Below are positions 15,429-24,253 of a stretch of DNA of 32,000 nucleotides, piece by piece (the first letter of the stretch is position 1; every line of letters starts with the position of its first letter). Location: the NCBI RefSeq assembly GCF_000146505.1, contig NC_017448.1, positions 2,250,001 to 2,282,000 of the forward strand. The letters run 5' to 3'. Made by a program: the position numbers and the translations under genes. The notes below the pieces were generated by a model, which was not told the DNA's origin, ran no database searches, and saw only the letters and a program-made list of their open reading frames with translations. This DNA is from Fibrobacter succinogenes subsp. succinogenes S85. GTDB taxonomy: Bacteria; Fibrobacterota; Fibrobacteria; Fibrobacterales; Fibrobacteraceae.

Positions 15429-17285
15429 ATGCCCATTTTGTCGGTTCAGAATATTTTGCTGCGTTTTGGCGGTCCGCCGCTTTTGGATAATGTCTCGTTC
15501 GATATCGAGGCGGGTGACCGTATTTGCCTTGTGGGCCGCAATGGCGAGGGCAAGAGCACGCTTTTGAAGGTGCTGACCGGCGAGATGGAAGCGAATTCTG
15601 GCGAAATCGTAAAGAAGACGGGGCTTAAAGTCTCCCGCATGATTCAGGAAATCCCGGCGCATATTGACGGGACTGTTCGCGACATTGTGATGGGCCGCGT
15701 GTCCGTGGTGAGCGGTGGTTCCGTGATTTCGCAGAAGATTCTGGACGATGGGGCGCATAATGCGACAGCCGAGGCGATTCTCGGTAAGACGGGCATCGAT
15801 GCAGATGCGCCTTACGACAGCTTGAGCGGTGGCCAGAAGCGCCGTGTGCTTTTTGCTCGTGCCGTGGCAGAAGACCCGGACCTGCTTTTGCTTGACGAAC
15901 CGACGAACCATTTGGACATTCCGGCGATCCAGTGGCTAGAAGGGATTGTGACGCGTTTGAATTGCGCGGTGATGTTCGTGAGCCATGACCGTGCATTTGT
16001 CCGCCGTACGGCAACCCGCATTTTTGAACTTGACCGTGGCCGTGTGCGCAGTTGGGATTTTCCGTACGACAAGTTTGTGCAGTTCAGGGACCAGGCGCTT
16101 GCTGAAGAAGAAAAGGCAAATGCGCTTTTTGATAAGAAATTGGCTGAAGAAGAAGTCTGGATCCGCAAGGGCATCCAGGCCCGTCGTACGCGCAACGAGG
16201 GGCGAGTTCGCGCCTTGATTAAAATGCGTGAAGAACGCGCGGCCCGCCGCTCCCGTACGGGCAATGTGAATATGCAGATTACGGAAGCCGACCGTTCCGG
16301 GCGCCTCGTTGCGCGCCTTAAGAACGTGAGCTATTCCTATGATGGGAGCCCGCTCATTAGCGACCTTTCGACCGAAATCAGCCGTGGCGACCGCATTGGC
16401 ATTGTGGGACCGAATGGCTCCGGCAAGACGACTCTCTTGCGCCTGATTCTTGGCGAACTCCAGCCGGAATCGGGTGAAGTCCGCCTGGGCAGTAACCTCC
16501 ATATTGCGTATTTTGACCAGATGCGTACCCGCCTGCGCGAAGACAAGTCGCTCATTGAGAATATCGGTGACGGCCAGGCCTATATCACGCTGAACGGCGT
16601 CAAACGCCATGTGTTAAGTTATTTGCAAGACTTCTTGTTCTCGGCAGATCGCGCCCGCGGCCCGATCAGTGCGCTTAGCGGCGGTGAACGAAACCGCCTT
16701 TTGCTCGCGTGCCTCTTTAGCCACCCGAGCAACGTCTTGGTGCTTGACGAACCGACGAACGATTTGGACATGGAGACCCTCGACCTTTTGGCGGAACTTT
16801 TGGCCGATTATAACGGCACCGTCCTGACTGTCAGTCATGACCGTGCCTTCCTTGATTCCGTGGCTACCGGCATCCTCGCCATCGAAGATGGCGGGCATGT
16901 CTTCGAAGCGGTCGGCGGTTACTCCGATTACGAGGCAAACAAGAAAATTCGCGACAAGGAAGCCGCCCAGGCCGCCCGCCTGGCCGCCGAACGCGAAGCC
17001 GAAAAGCAGGCCCGCTCTAACGCTGGCGCCGGCGCCGCCTCTGCGGCCCCCGCGCCCGCCAAAAAGAAAAAGCGCAGCTACAACGAGGAGCGCGAATACG
17101 CCGCCCTCCCCGAAAAAATCGAAAAACTCGAAAAGGAAATTGCCGATTACCAGCTGGAACTTTCCAAGCCCGAGGTTTACACGAACGCGACCCTCATCGT
17201 GGAACTCCAGAAAAAGATTGCCGATGACGAGGCGCTGCTCGAACAGGCCTATGAGCGCTTTGAAGCCCTTGACAATTTGGGATGA
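15429..17285 (+). CDS. uup: ABC-F ATPase, Uup-like
   Basis: Two ABC cassettes (GRNGEGKST/LSGGQKRR/LLLDEPTNHLD and GPNGSGKTT/LSGGERNR/LVLDEPTNDLD). The linker EEEVWIRKGIQARRTRNEGRVRAL closely matches my recollection of E. coli Uup. A C-terminal KKKKRSY...coiled-coil domain is present. The ATG at 15429 is preferred over TTG 15423. Confidence 0.88.
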   Translation: MPILSVQNILLRFGGPPLLDNVSFDIEAGDRICLVGRNGEGKSTLLKVLTGEMEANSGEIVKKTGLKVSRMIQEIPAHIDGTVRDIVMGRVSVVSGGSVISQKILDDGAHNATAEAILGKTGIDADAPYDSLSGGQKRRVLFARAVAEDPDLLLLDEPTNHLDIPAIQWLEGIVTRLNCAVMFVSHDRAFVRRTATRIFELDRGRVRSWDFPYDKFVQFRDQALAEEEKANALFDKKLAEEEVWIRKGIQARRTRNEGRVRALIKMREERAARRSRTGNVNMQITEADRSGRLVARLKNVSYSYDGSPLISDLSTEISRGDRIGIVGPNGSGKTTLLRLILGELQPESGEVRLGSNLHIAYFDQMRTRLREDKSLIENIGDGQAYITLNGVKRHVLSYLQDFLFSADRARGPISALSGGERNRLLLACLFSHPSNVLVLDEPTNDLDMETLDLLAELLADYNGTVLTVSHDRAFLDSVATGILAIEDGGHVFEAVGGYSDYEANKKIRDKEAAQAARLAAEREAEKQARSNAGAGAASAAPAPAKKKKRSYNEEREYAALPEKIEKLEKEIADYQLELSKPEVYTNATLIVELQKKIADDEALLEQAYERFEALDNLG

Positions 17286-17377
17286 AAAATTTTTGCTCCC
17301 CTAGTGACAAAACCCATTGCATAATATAGATTTACACTGAATGGGTCTTGGTGTTGAAATCTTAGAGGAGTTTAAAA

Positions 17378-20300
17378 ATGAAATCGCTATCCTTATCTTT
17401 GGTGATGGCGTTGGCTGGCACGACAATGGGTTTTGCCGGCTCGACGGTTTGGAGTTTTGATAAGCAGAAAGGCAATGACATGCAGCCGGCATACTGGTTT
17501 AGCTATGCCCAGCCGGAACCGAATACAAAAGGTACTCTTTCCGATACCGATGACGGGTATAAGCAATTTTCTGTAGAATTGGACCTTAATTCTGACCAAT
17601 ACAGTGTCGCAGGCTTCGGTTTTGCATGGAAACAGACCAATAAGCAAGATGTCGATGTAGACCTTTCATCTCATTCCGGCCTTTGCATTACCTATAAGGC
17701 TGATCGCCAGTTCCGTTTGGACTTGAAACAGTCTACGATTACGGACTACAATTATTATGGCACGGACCTCCCTGCTGCGTCAACATTTACTTCCAGATAT
17801 ATTGATTTTCAGAATTTCGCCCAGGAAGCAGGCTGGGGCGAGACTGCCTCGCTGGATTTGACGAAACAGCTTGCCATCCAGATGAGCTACAAGGCAGGCC
17901 ATGCCAATAGCTTTGAAGCGAGCGATGCCACTAGGCATAAAAACGTCATTACGATTTCTGGCATTTCTCTCGGCGAATGCGGATCGGTTATTGAAGAGCC
18001 CTCTCTCTCGGTACTTGAACCGTATAACAAGGCCCAGACCGTAACGATCAAGGAAACGGATTCCTTGAAGATTCCTCTTTCGGCGGTGTTCTCTGCGGGT
18101 GAAAATGACGAGATTACGATTGCGACTTCGATGCCTGCCAATATCTTGACGAAGGTCAAGCCGACAGATGCCCCGACTTTGAAGGATACGCTTGTCTTTG
18201 TGTCTAGAAATATTGAAAGCGACACCGCCTTGACGCTGAATGTCTTTGCGTTGAGTAGCGAAGGTTCTTCTGTAAAGGCGCAGTTTAACGTTATTGTTAC
18301 CGCAGTCTCCGACGGTCCTGTCGGTCCGACTTGCCCGGGTGACCCGGAATGCCCGGATGATCCGCCTGCAGAAAATCACCCGACGGTTGTGCTTGATCCG
18401 TACAATGTTGAAGTGACCTATTTGGATACCATACTGGAAGCCGATACGTTGAAGATTGCTCTTGCCGACCTGTTTGCCGACGAGGATAATGACAAGCTTA
18501 CGTTTGTGGTCGACATGTCAGCAAAGTTGATGAAGGTTCTCACGGCAATCGATAAGGTTACCTTGAAGGATACCCTCAAGATTGTTTCTTCGGGAGTCAA
18601 GAAGGATACGACCTTTATTCTTACTGTCTATGCTACGGATGGAAATTCGGATTTGGTCCATGTCAACTTCGGTGTTACAATCAAGGATTCGAATACGCCT
18701 CCGGTTGCTGCTGATGCCGAATTCAAGATGCAGGAAGGTGGCGACCTCATCGTTCCGATTGTCCGCGGCCTTGCAACGCTAGGTACCGATTTGGACGGCG
18801 ATGACTTCTTGGTCGTGCCTATTGACTCTACCAAGCATGGTAAGTTGACGGAATTCTCTCAGCTGGGTTCGTTCGTCTACACTCCGGAAAAGGATTTCCG
18901 TGGCGATGACACGTTGACCTATGTGCTTGTGGAAACCGCAAACCACGAAATGATCAGTAACAAGGGTACCGTGGTTATCCATGTGTTGCCGATTAACGCA
19001 AAGCCTACAGTGACCATTGCCGATAGCACGTTCCTCAGGGATACGCTTGCTCTCGATATGGACTTTGACGAAGATACCGTGAAGCAAATCAAGATTCCGG
19101 CTAAGTCCTTGGTCTTTAGCGACCGTGAAGTTACGGAAGGTACGCAGGAGCTCACCTACAATGTTAAGGGAACAAAGATTATCCCGGCTGTTGATAGCGT
19201 GAACGCAAGCTACTATTACATTTCTCTGAAGCCGGTGACAAGCGCAACGGGCCTTGCAACGATTTTCTTCTACGCATCTGACGGTAGTGATTCTGTGGGC
19301 GTGAACCTGTATGTGAAACTCATCTCCCCGAAGGATGTGGCTCAGGCTGTAAAGGATGAGTACACTACGTTTAACGACAGTACTCTGACAGTGGATGCCA
19401 AGACGGGTGTCCTTGCCAACGACAAGTATCCTGAAGGTACGACAAAGGGTATGACGGCTGAACTTGCCCAGAAGCCTGCTCATGGTACGCTAACCCTCAA
19501 TAAGGATGGTAGCTTCAAGTATGTTCCGGAAGAAGGCTATGAAGGTGTTGATTACTTTGGTTACTATGCAGTTGTCAATGAAACGAAATCTAAGGCTGCT
19601 ATTGTGACTATCGTGGTTGATAAGCGTAACTTGCTCCCGACCGTTGTCGTGAAGACGGAAACGCTTGATACGACTGTGACAGAAGACTTCCCGACGACGA
19701 GAGCTTTGAAGTACACGAGTTCCGTTGTTGCCTCCTGGTTCAAGGATCCGGAAGGTGACCCGCTGACTTACTCCGCAAAGAGCAAGGATGGAAAACTCAA
19801 GGCCGAAATAACGGACAAGGGTATTCTTGAAATCAATTCTGTTCCGGATTCTTGTGGCAAGGCCTACGTGGTCGTAACCGCAACGGACAAGAAGTCTGGC
19901 TCCAAGAGCTTTGAGTTCCTGGTGAACATCACTCCGGTGAACGACAAGCCTGTGTTGCTGCATGCGGATACAGTTTATGTTGACAACGAAAACTGGAAGG
20001 TCAAGTTGGATCTTGATACGCTTGTGTTCGATGTGGATGGCGATGAACTCACGTTTACGCCGAACGAAACGAGCGCCTTGTCGAAGTATATGACGATATC
20101 GATTAAGGGCTCTGTTCTTACGATAACTGCTATTGATGAACTCAAGTACAAGGACGGTTCGAAATACGCTCTTGGCGTGAAGGTCACGGACCCGAGCAAG
20201 TCTGGCGTGGTGATTCCGCTGTATATCGTTGTTGGCAAGGCTCCTGCTAGCCTGAAACCGCAATTTGTCCAGCCGAAGAACACATGGCAGAATGCCGTGA

Positions 20301-20458
20301 TGGCCAAGCGTGGTACTGCTAAGATCATGGACATGAAGGGCCGCGTGGTCTGGAATGCAAAGCTCCCGGTGAACCCGGCTGAAGTGCTCAATGCTTCTGC
20401 CAAGGTGCAGGGCCGCAAGATCCTCCGCGTCAATAACCAGACATGGACGATTAAGTAA
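17378..20458 (+). CDS. Large secreted adhesin-like protein: CBM-like N-terminal module, multiple cadherin/Ig-like repeats, T9SS-like C-terminal sorting domain
   Basis: Signal peptide MKSLSLSLVMALAGTTMGFAGS. Paralogous ~100-aa repeats (LEPYNKAQTVTIKETDSLKIPLSAVF... and LDPYNVEVTYLDTILEADTLKIALADLF...). Modules with GTLTLNKDGSFKYVPEEGYEGVDYFGY and VNDKPV signatures. C-terminal MDMKGRVVWNAKL...ILRVNNQTWTIK. A GAGGAG Shine-Dalgarno site. Confidence 0.75.
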   Translation: MKSLSLSLVMALAGTTMGFAGSTVWSFDKQKGNDMQPAYWFSYAQPEPNTKGTLSDTDDGYKQFSVELDLNSDQYSVAGFGFAWKQTNKQDVDVDLSSHSGLCITYKADRQFRLDLKQSTITDYNYYGTDLPAASTFTSRYIDFQNFAQEAGWGETASLDLTKQLAIQMSYKAGHANSFEASDATRHKNVITISGISLGECGSVIEEPSLSVLEPYNKAQTVTIKETDSLKIPLSAVFSAGENDEITIATSMPANILTKVKPTDAPTLKDTLVFVSRNIESDTALTLNVFALSSEGSSVKAQFNVIVTAVSDGPVGPTCPGDPECPDDPPAENHPTVVLDPYNVEVTYLDTILEADTLKIALADLFADEDNDKLTFVVDMSAKLMKVLTAIDKVTLKDTLKIVSSGVKKDTTFILTVYATDGNSDLVHVNFGVTIKDSNTPPVAADAEFKMQEGGDLIVPIVRGLATLGTDLDGDDFLVVPIDSTKHGKLTEFSQLGSFVYTPEKDFRGDDTLTYVLVETANHEMISNKGTVVIHVLPINAKPTVTIADSTFLRDTLALDMDFDEDTVKQIKIPAKSLVFSDREVTEGTQELTYNVKGTKIIPAVDSVNASYYYISLKPVTSATGLATIFFYASDGSDSVGVNLYVKLISPKDVAQAVKDEYTTFNDSTLTVDAKTGVLANDKYPEGTTKGMTAELAQKPAHGTLTLNKDGSFKYVPEEGYEGVDYFGYYAVVNETKSKAAIVTIVVDKRNLLPTVVVKTETLDTTVTEDFPTTRALKYTSSVVASWFKDPEGDPLTYSAKSKDGKLKAEITDKGILEINSVPDSCGKAYVVVTATDKKSGSKSFEFLVNITPVNDKPVLLHADTVYVDNENWKVKLDLDTLVFDVDGDELTFTPNETSALSKYMTISIKGSVLTITAIDELKYKDGSKYALGVKVTDPSKSGVVIPLYIVVGKAPASLKPQFVQPKNTWQNAVMAKRGTAKIMDMKGRVVWNAKLPVNPAEVLNASAKVQGRKILRVNNQTWTIK

Positions 20459-20487
20459 GTTCGCTTCGCTTTGGGTAAAAAAGAAGA

Positions 20488-20511
20488 GGCTCCGCAATGC
20501 GGAGCCTTTTT
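20488..20511. terminator. Bidirectional rho-independent terminator (adhesin gene on plus, ackA on minus)
   Basis: GGCTCCGC-AAT-GCGGAGCC perfect stem, flanked by an A-rich run (5' side) and TTTTT (3' side). Confidence 0.8.
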
Positions 20512-20618
20512 CTGACCGTTCGCGCTAGAATCTGCAAAACATGTGCAGGGCTGGCGCTCACTCTCGCAACCGTCCCAGCTTAACGCATGGGACTTGTTGC
20601 TCACTATTCTGCTTTGCG

Positions 20619-21800
20619 TTACTTCACCAGTGCTTCGGTGTCGAGAGCGATGAGCAATTCTTCGTTTGTTGCAACGACGATTGCCTTCGGCGTGCCATCC
20701 TTTGTGATGAGGTGGTTGGATTCCTTGCCGCTCTTGAGGTTGCGTTCTTCGTCGACCTGGTAGCCGAGGAGCTTCAGGTTGTCGAGAGCCTGCTTGCGGA
20801 CGTAGAAGCTGTTTTCGCCGATGCCGCCCGTGAAGACGATGGCGTCAATGCGTGGGAGAGCCATGGCGATGCCGCCGATTTCGCGGGTAAGGCGGTAGCA
20901 GAAGACGTCAAGGGCGATTTGGGCGCGCTTGTTGCCTTCGCTTGCGGCCTGCGTGAGAGTACGCATGTCGTTAGAGAGTCCAGAGAGGCCCAACAAGCCG
21001 GATTCCTTGTTCACGAGGTGGTCAAGCTTGTCGATGGTGCCGTATTCTTCGCCGTACTTCTTTGCGATGTAGAAGAGGATTGCCGGATCGAGGCTACCGG
21101 AGCGGGTTCCCATGATGAGGCCTTCGAGCGGGGTGAAGCCCATCGTGGTATCAACGCACTGGCCGTTCAAGATGGCGGAGCAGCTGGAGCCGTTGCCGAG
21201 GTGAGCCGTGATGAGGCAGGTTTCTTCGGGCTTGGTGCCGAGAACCTTGCAAGCTTCGGCGGTCACAAAGCGGTGGCTTGTGCCATGAGCACCGTAACGG
21301 CGGATGCCGTCGTTTTCATAGAACTTGTACGGGATACCGTAGAGGTAGGCCTTCTGCGGCATTGTCTGGTGGAAAGCCGTATCGAACACGGCGACCTGCG
21401 GGAGGCCCGGGAAGAACTTGGTAGCGCATTCCATACCGGTAGCGTGTGCCGGTTCGTGGAGCGGGGCAAAGAGCGTGATGCTGCGGATGTAGTCAATGAC
21501 TTCCTGCGAGACCTTTTCGCTCTTGATGTACTTACCGCCATGCACGACGCGGTGGCCGATGGCTTCGATCGTGTCGGTGAGTTTCTGGGCGTCGAGGAAT
21601 TTCTTGACCTGATCCACGGCTTCGGCATGCGTGGGGCAGTCGAAGTTGAAGTCAATCTTGCCTTCAGGACCCTTGGCCTTGGTGTGACCGTTCACGCCGA
21701 TGTTTTCGACGAGGCCGCTAGCGATGGATTCCTGGGTCTTTGTATCAATGACAGCAAATTTTACAGAAGAGCTGCCGCAGTTGAGGACGAGTACGCGCAT
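20619..21800 (-). CDS. ackA: Acetate kinase
   Basis: MRVLVLNCGSSSVKFAVID..., HRVVHGG, GAHGTSH, AHLGNGSS and FTGGIGENS are hallmark AckA motifs. Starts at ATG 21800 with an AAAGGAA Shine-Dalgarno site. The listed 612-aa ORF is an over-extension. Confidence 0.93.
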   Translation of the reverse strand: MRVLVLNCGSSSVKFAVIDTKTQESIASGLVENIGVNGHTKAKGPEGKIDFNFDCPTHAEAVDQVKKFLDAQKLTDTIEAIGHRVVHGGKYIKSEKVSQEVIDYIRSITLFAPLHEPAHATGMECATKFFPGLPQVAVFDTAFHQTMPQKAYLYGIPYKFYENDGIRRYGAHGTSHRFVTAEACKVLGTKPEETCLITAHLGNGSSCSAILNGQCVDTTMGFTPLEGLIMGTRSGSLDPAILFYIAKKYGEEYGTIDKLDHLVNKESGLLGLSGLSNDMRTLTQAASEGNKRAQIALDVFCYRLTREIGGIAMALPRIDAIVFTGGIGENSFYVRKQALDNLKLLGYQVDEERNLKSGKESNHLITKDGTPKAIVVATNEELLIALDTEALVK

Positions 21801-21871
21801 GGGATTTCCTTTATAGATTATATCGCTTGATAAAATAGGAATTTTGGCGCAGTGTGGCGAGCGTAAAAATC

Positions 21872-21879
21872 TACATTTA
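21872..21879 (+). promoter_or_regulatory. TAnnTTT-type box (TACATTTA) 5 nt upstream of the PAP2 ATG
   Basis: The plus strand reads TACATTTA-ACCCG-ATG. Confidence 0.3.
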
Positions 21880-21884
21880 ACCCG

Positions 21885-22430
21885 ATGTTGAAGAAAATTT
21901 TTGATTTTGACAATCGTGTTTCGGTTTACTGGACCAATCGCCATTTTTCGCGCAAGGTGAATGGCTGGTTGCGCTTTTACGTGCGTCTGGGTGACGGCTA
22001 TATTTGGGCTTTGTTCATTGCATTTTTGATTTGGAGAACGAGCTGGGAGAGCTTTTTGCCGATTCTGTGGCAGGCGCTTGTTTCGCTTGCGATGAGCCTT
22101 CTCATTTACGAAGGCGTCAAGCTCAGCACCAAGCGTCCGCGCCCGTTTGCTGCAAATCCGCAAATCAAGGCTGAGGTCCCGCCGCTTGACAAGTATAGCT
22201 TCCCGTCTGGACATACGATGAACAACTTGGCTGTGGCAAGCACAGTGTTTTATTGCGTGCCGCAGTACGGATGGATCATGATGCTGTTGCCGCTCACGTG
22301 GGGACTTTTGCGCGTGTATTTTGGCGTGCATTGGTTCTCGGATATTATCTGCGGATTTTTGCTTGGCATCTTGAGCTTTGTGCTCGGACACGCTTTGTGG
22401 ATCCCGATTTCTGCTGCAATCGCGGGCTAA
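21885..22430 (+). CDS. PAP2-family membrane phosphatase
   Basis: The three PAP2 motifs KRPRPF, PSGHT and RVYFGVHWFSDI, embedded in a polytopic membrane protein. Confidence 0.85.
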   Translation: MLKKIFDFDNRVSVYWTNRHFSRKVNGWLRFYVRLGDGYIWALFIAFLIWRTSWESFLPILWQALVSLAMSLLIYEGVKLSTKRPRPFAANPQIKAEVPPLDKYSFPSGHTMNNLAVASTVFYCVPQYGWIMMLLPLTWGLLRVYFGVHWFSDIICGFLLGILSFVLGHALWIPISAAIAG

Positions 22431-22436
22431 CGAACA

Positions 22437-23114
22437 ATGACTAACGACTTCGTACAAATTTCAGATTTTTTTGCCCAGGTTGACTGGAATTCTAAAATTT
22501 ATCTGCTGTTGCGCCATGCCGAACGCAACCACATCACGCCGGACGATAAGGACTTTGGTGCGCATGTGGGGCTTACGGATTGTGGGCGCCGCCAGGCGGT
22601 AGCGCTTGGGAAAATGATTCCTGCGATTGGCGATGCGGTGTACTTTTCGAGCCCGGTCGGGCGTTGTATGGAAACCGCGAAGTGCATTGGCGAGGGCCGC
22701 AAGCTCGCTGGCTTTGGAGTATGCTCGGGCGCCTCGGTGAATGTCACGCCGCTCAATGAACTTGGCGATTTCTTTGTTCGTGATGTACCTACATATGAGC
22801 AGACTTTGCGAGAAGGCTTTTACGAAGGGATCTGTGAGTGGCTAGACTCTGGAAAACACGATGCATTTTTCCCTTTGCATGAACGTGCTGAACAGATGCG
22901 CGAGATGATGTTTGCAAAAGGCGATACCCGCTTCAACATCTTCGTGACGCACGATGCCTGGATTGTGCCGTGCCTTTCGCATTTTTGCAATTTTAAATTT
23001 GAGCCGAAATGCTGGATGAACTTCTTGACGGGTATTGCTTTTGAACGCCCTGAAAAAGGCGATGTGAAAGTCACGCCCATTACCGCCATGGAAACGGGCT
23101 GGCTGCATTTTTAG
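22437..23114 (+). CDS. Histidine phosphatase (phosphoglycerate-mutase-like) superfamily protein
   Basis: LLRHAERNH (RHG-type catalytic motif), SSPVGRCMETA and VTHDAW. Starts 6 nt after the PAP2 stop. Confidence 0.8.
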   Translation: MTNDFVQISDFFAQVDWNSKIYLLLRHAERNHITPDDKDFGAHVGLTDCGRRQAVALGKMIPAIGDAVYFSSPVGRCMETAKCIGEGRKLAGFGVCSGASVNVTPLNELGDFFVRDVPTYEQTLREGFYEGICEWLDSGKHDAFFPLHERAEQMREMMFAKGDTRFNIFVTHDAWIVPCLSHFCNFKFEPKCWMNFLTGIAFERPEKGDVKVTPITAMETGWLHF

Positions 23115-23187
23115 GCTATGGGGTATGAGGTCGGCACTGCGTGCCTTTGAGGTATGGGCTAGATATATGACGGATCGGATCCGCCAT

Positions 23188-23226
23188 CTCTCGTCTCTCG
23201 TCTGAGAGCGAAGCGTTCTCTCGTCT
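23188..23226. repeat. CTCTCGT(CT) direct repeats (two tandem plus one) flanking a GAGAGCG-AAG-CGTTCTC hairpin
   Basis: Read directly at 23188-23194, 23195-23201 and 23218-23224. The hairpin is at 23203-23219. It lies 22 nt upstream of the SIR2-like ATG and has no U-tract. Confidence 0.6.
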
Positions 23227-23247
23227 AAAAAAATATACATTAACGGT

Positions 23248-24234
23248 ATGATGCAGTCGAATTGTTATCGCCGTATTTTTGTACTTGGTTCTGGTTTCAG
23301 CAAGTCTTTCTCGCCGCAGATGCCCACGCTCCGCGACTTGAATGAACTTATCCCTTTTGGAATCCCGGACGAGTTCCCGCATTTTCGCGATTACTGCAAG
23401 CGCTTTTTGACGCTCTGCAACGGCGATAGCGATTACCTTGGCATTGAGCCTTTGGCGACTTCCATTCTCTCAGCGCAGATTTTCCCGGGCGAGCGTGAAC
23501 GTCTTTACCATGCATCGCTCCGTTTTGAACTGTTGCGCTTTATCGCAAGCGTCATCCGTCGCGATAACGATGTGCTTGATGAATCTGCTGCTGCGATTCT
23601 CAAGAAATTTTTGGTGTCTTGCGAAAACGATTCAGCGTCAGGTTCCCGCGAAACGCTTTTGCTCTCGTTCAATTACGACACACTTATTGAAACTGCAATT
23701 GCCAAGGATAAGGAACTTTGCGAACAAGTTTCTGTGGACTATGGCGTTAAAATTGACCCTGCCGATCGCTCGGCAAAACGCGGAAAGAAAACTCGGACGA
23801 TAGACCTCATCAAATTGCACGGCTCGCTCAACTGGTTCCCCGTCAAGGGCGCAAGCGACGAACTTGACCTGAAAAATGTCTGTGAAGTTGAACCGCAAGA
23901 CCGCAGTTTTCCCATCTACTGCGAAGACACGCCCATCTTCATTCCGATGGCGCATGCCAAGGAATCTTTCTTGCGTGGGAGTCTTTTCAACTTGCTATGG
24001 TCCAAGGCGGATTACTATTTGAAAAATGCCGAAGAGATTTACTTTATCGGTTACGGTTTCCCGAAGACGGACATCAACAATCTGGAATTTCTGTTGCGCC
24101 ATCGCGACCGCTTCAAGAAGGTTGTTGTATTTGAACGTGAAGGCCACAATGACTTGCAACGCTTACAGAAACTGCTCGGCGAAAGTCTCGTCGAGTCCTG
24201 CGATGCTAAGGAATTTTTAGAGAAACTGAAGTAG
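23248..24234 (+). CDS. SIR2_2-type (defence-associated-sirtuin-like) protein, stand-alone
   Basis: Ordered motifs FVLGSGFSKS, LLSFNYDTLIE, LIKLHGSLNW and IYFIGYGFPKTDI, typical of the SIR2_2 family. 328 aa with no additional recognisable domain. Confidence 0.7.
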   Translation: MMQSNCYRRIFVLGSGFSKSFSPQMPTLRDLNELIPFGIPDEFPHFRDYCKRFLTLCNGDSDYLGIEPLATSILSAQIFPGERERLYHASLRFELLRFIASVIRRDNDVLDESAAAILKKFLVSCENDSASGSRETLLLSFNYDTLIETAIAKDKELCEQVSVDYGVKIDPADRSAKRGKKTRTIDLIKLHGSLNWFPVKGASDELDLKNVCEVEPQDRSFPIYCEDTPIFIPMAHAKESFLRGSLFNLLWSKADYYLKNAEEIYFIGYGFPKTDINNLEFLLRHRDRFKKVVVFEREGHNDLQRLQKLLGESLVESCDAKEFLEKLK

Positions 24235-24253
24235 CAGTCTGGATGAACCTTAT

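Noticed and set aside
15390-16610. Minus-strand ORFs of 173, 224, 150 and 129 aa
   Set aside because: All lie antisense within the Uup-like ABC-F gene, which has complete duplicated ABC motifs.
17780-20604. Minus-strand ORFs of 199, 234, 335 and 209 aa
   Set aside because: They are antisense to the 1026-aa adhesin-like gene and its terminator region. They have Arg-rich, mirror-frame composition.
20512-20618. The ~100-nt gap between the ackA stop and the shared terminator as an sRNA or tRNA locus
   Set aside because: It has no tRNA-like T-arm or anticodon architecture and no independent promoter box. It is most simply the ackA 3' UTR.
20541-21830. 429-aa plus-strand ORF
   Set aside because: It is antisense to acetate kinase. 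It is Ala/Val/Glu/Gly-rich, typical of a mirror frame, with no recognisable domain.
21801-22457. N-terminal 219-aa extension of the 612-aa minus-strand ORF containing ackA
   Set aside because: AckA clearly begins at MRVLVLNCGSSS (ATG 21800) with a Shine-Dalgarno site. The extension overlaps the PAP2 gene on the other strand, which has all three PAP2 motifs.
23203-23232. The hairpin upstream of the SIR2-like gene as a terminator
   Set aside because: It is followed by an A-run on the plus strand, and on the minus strand the T-run precedes the stem. It therefore does not fit an intrinsic terminator on either strand.
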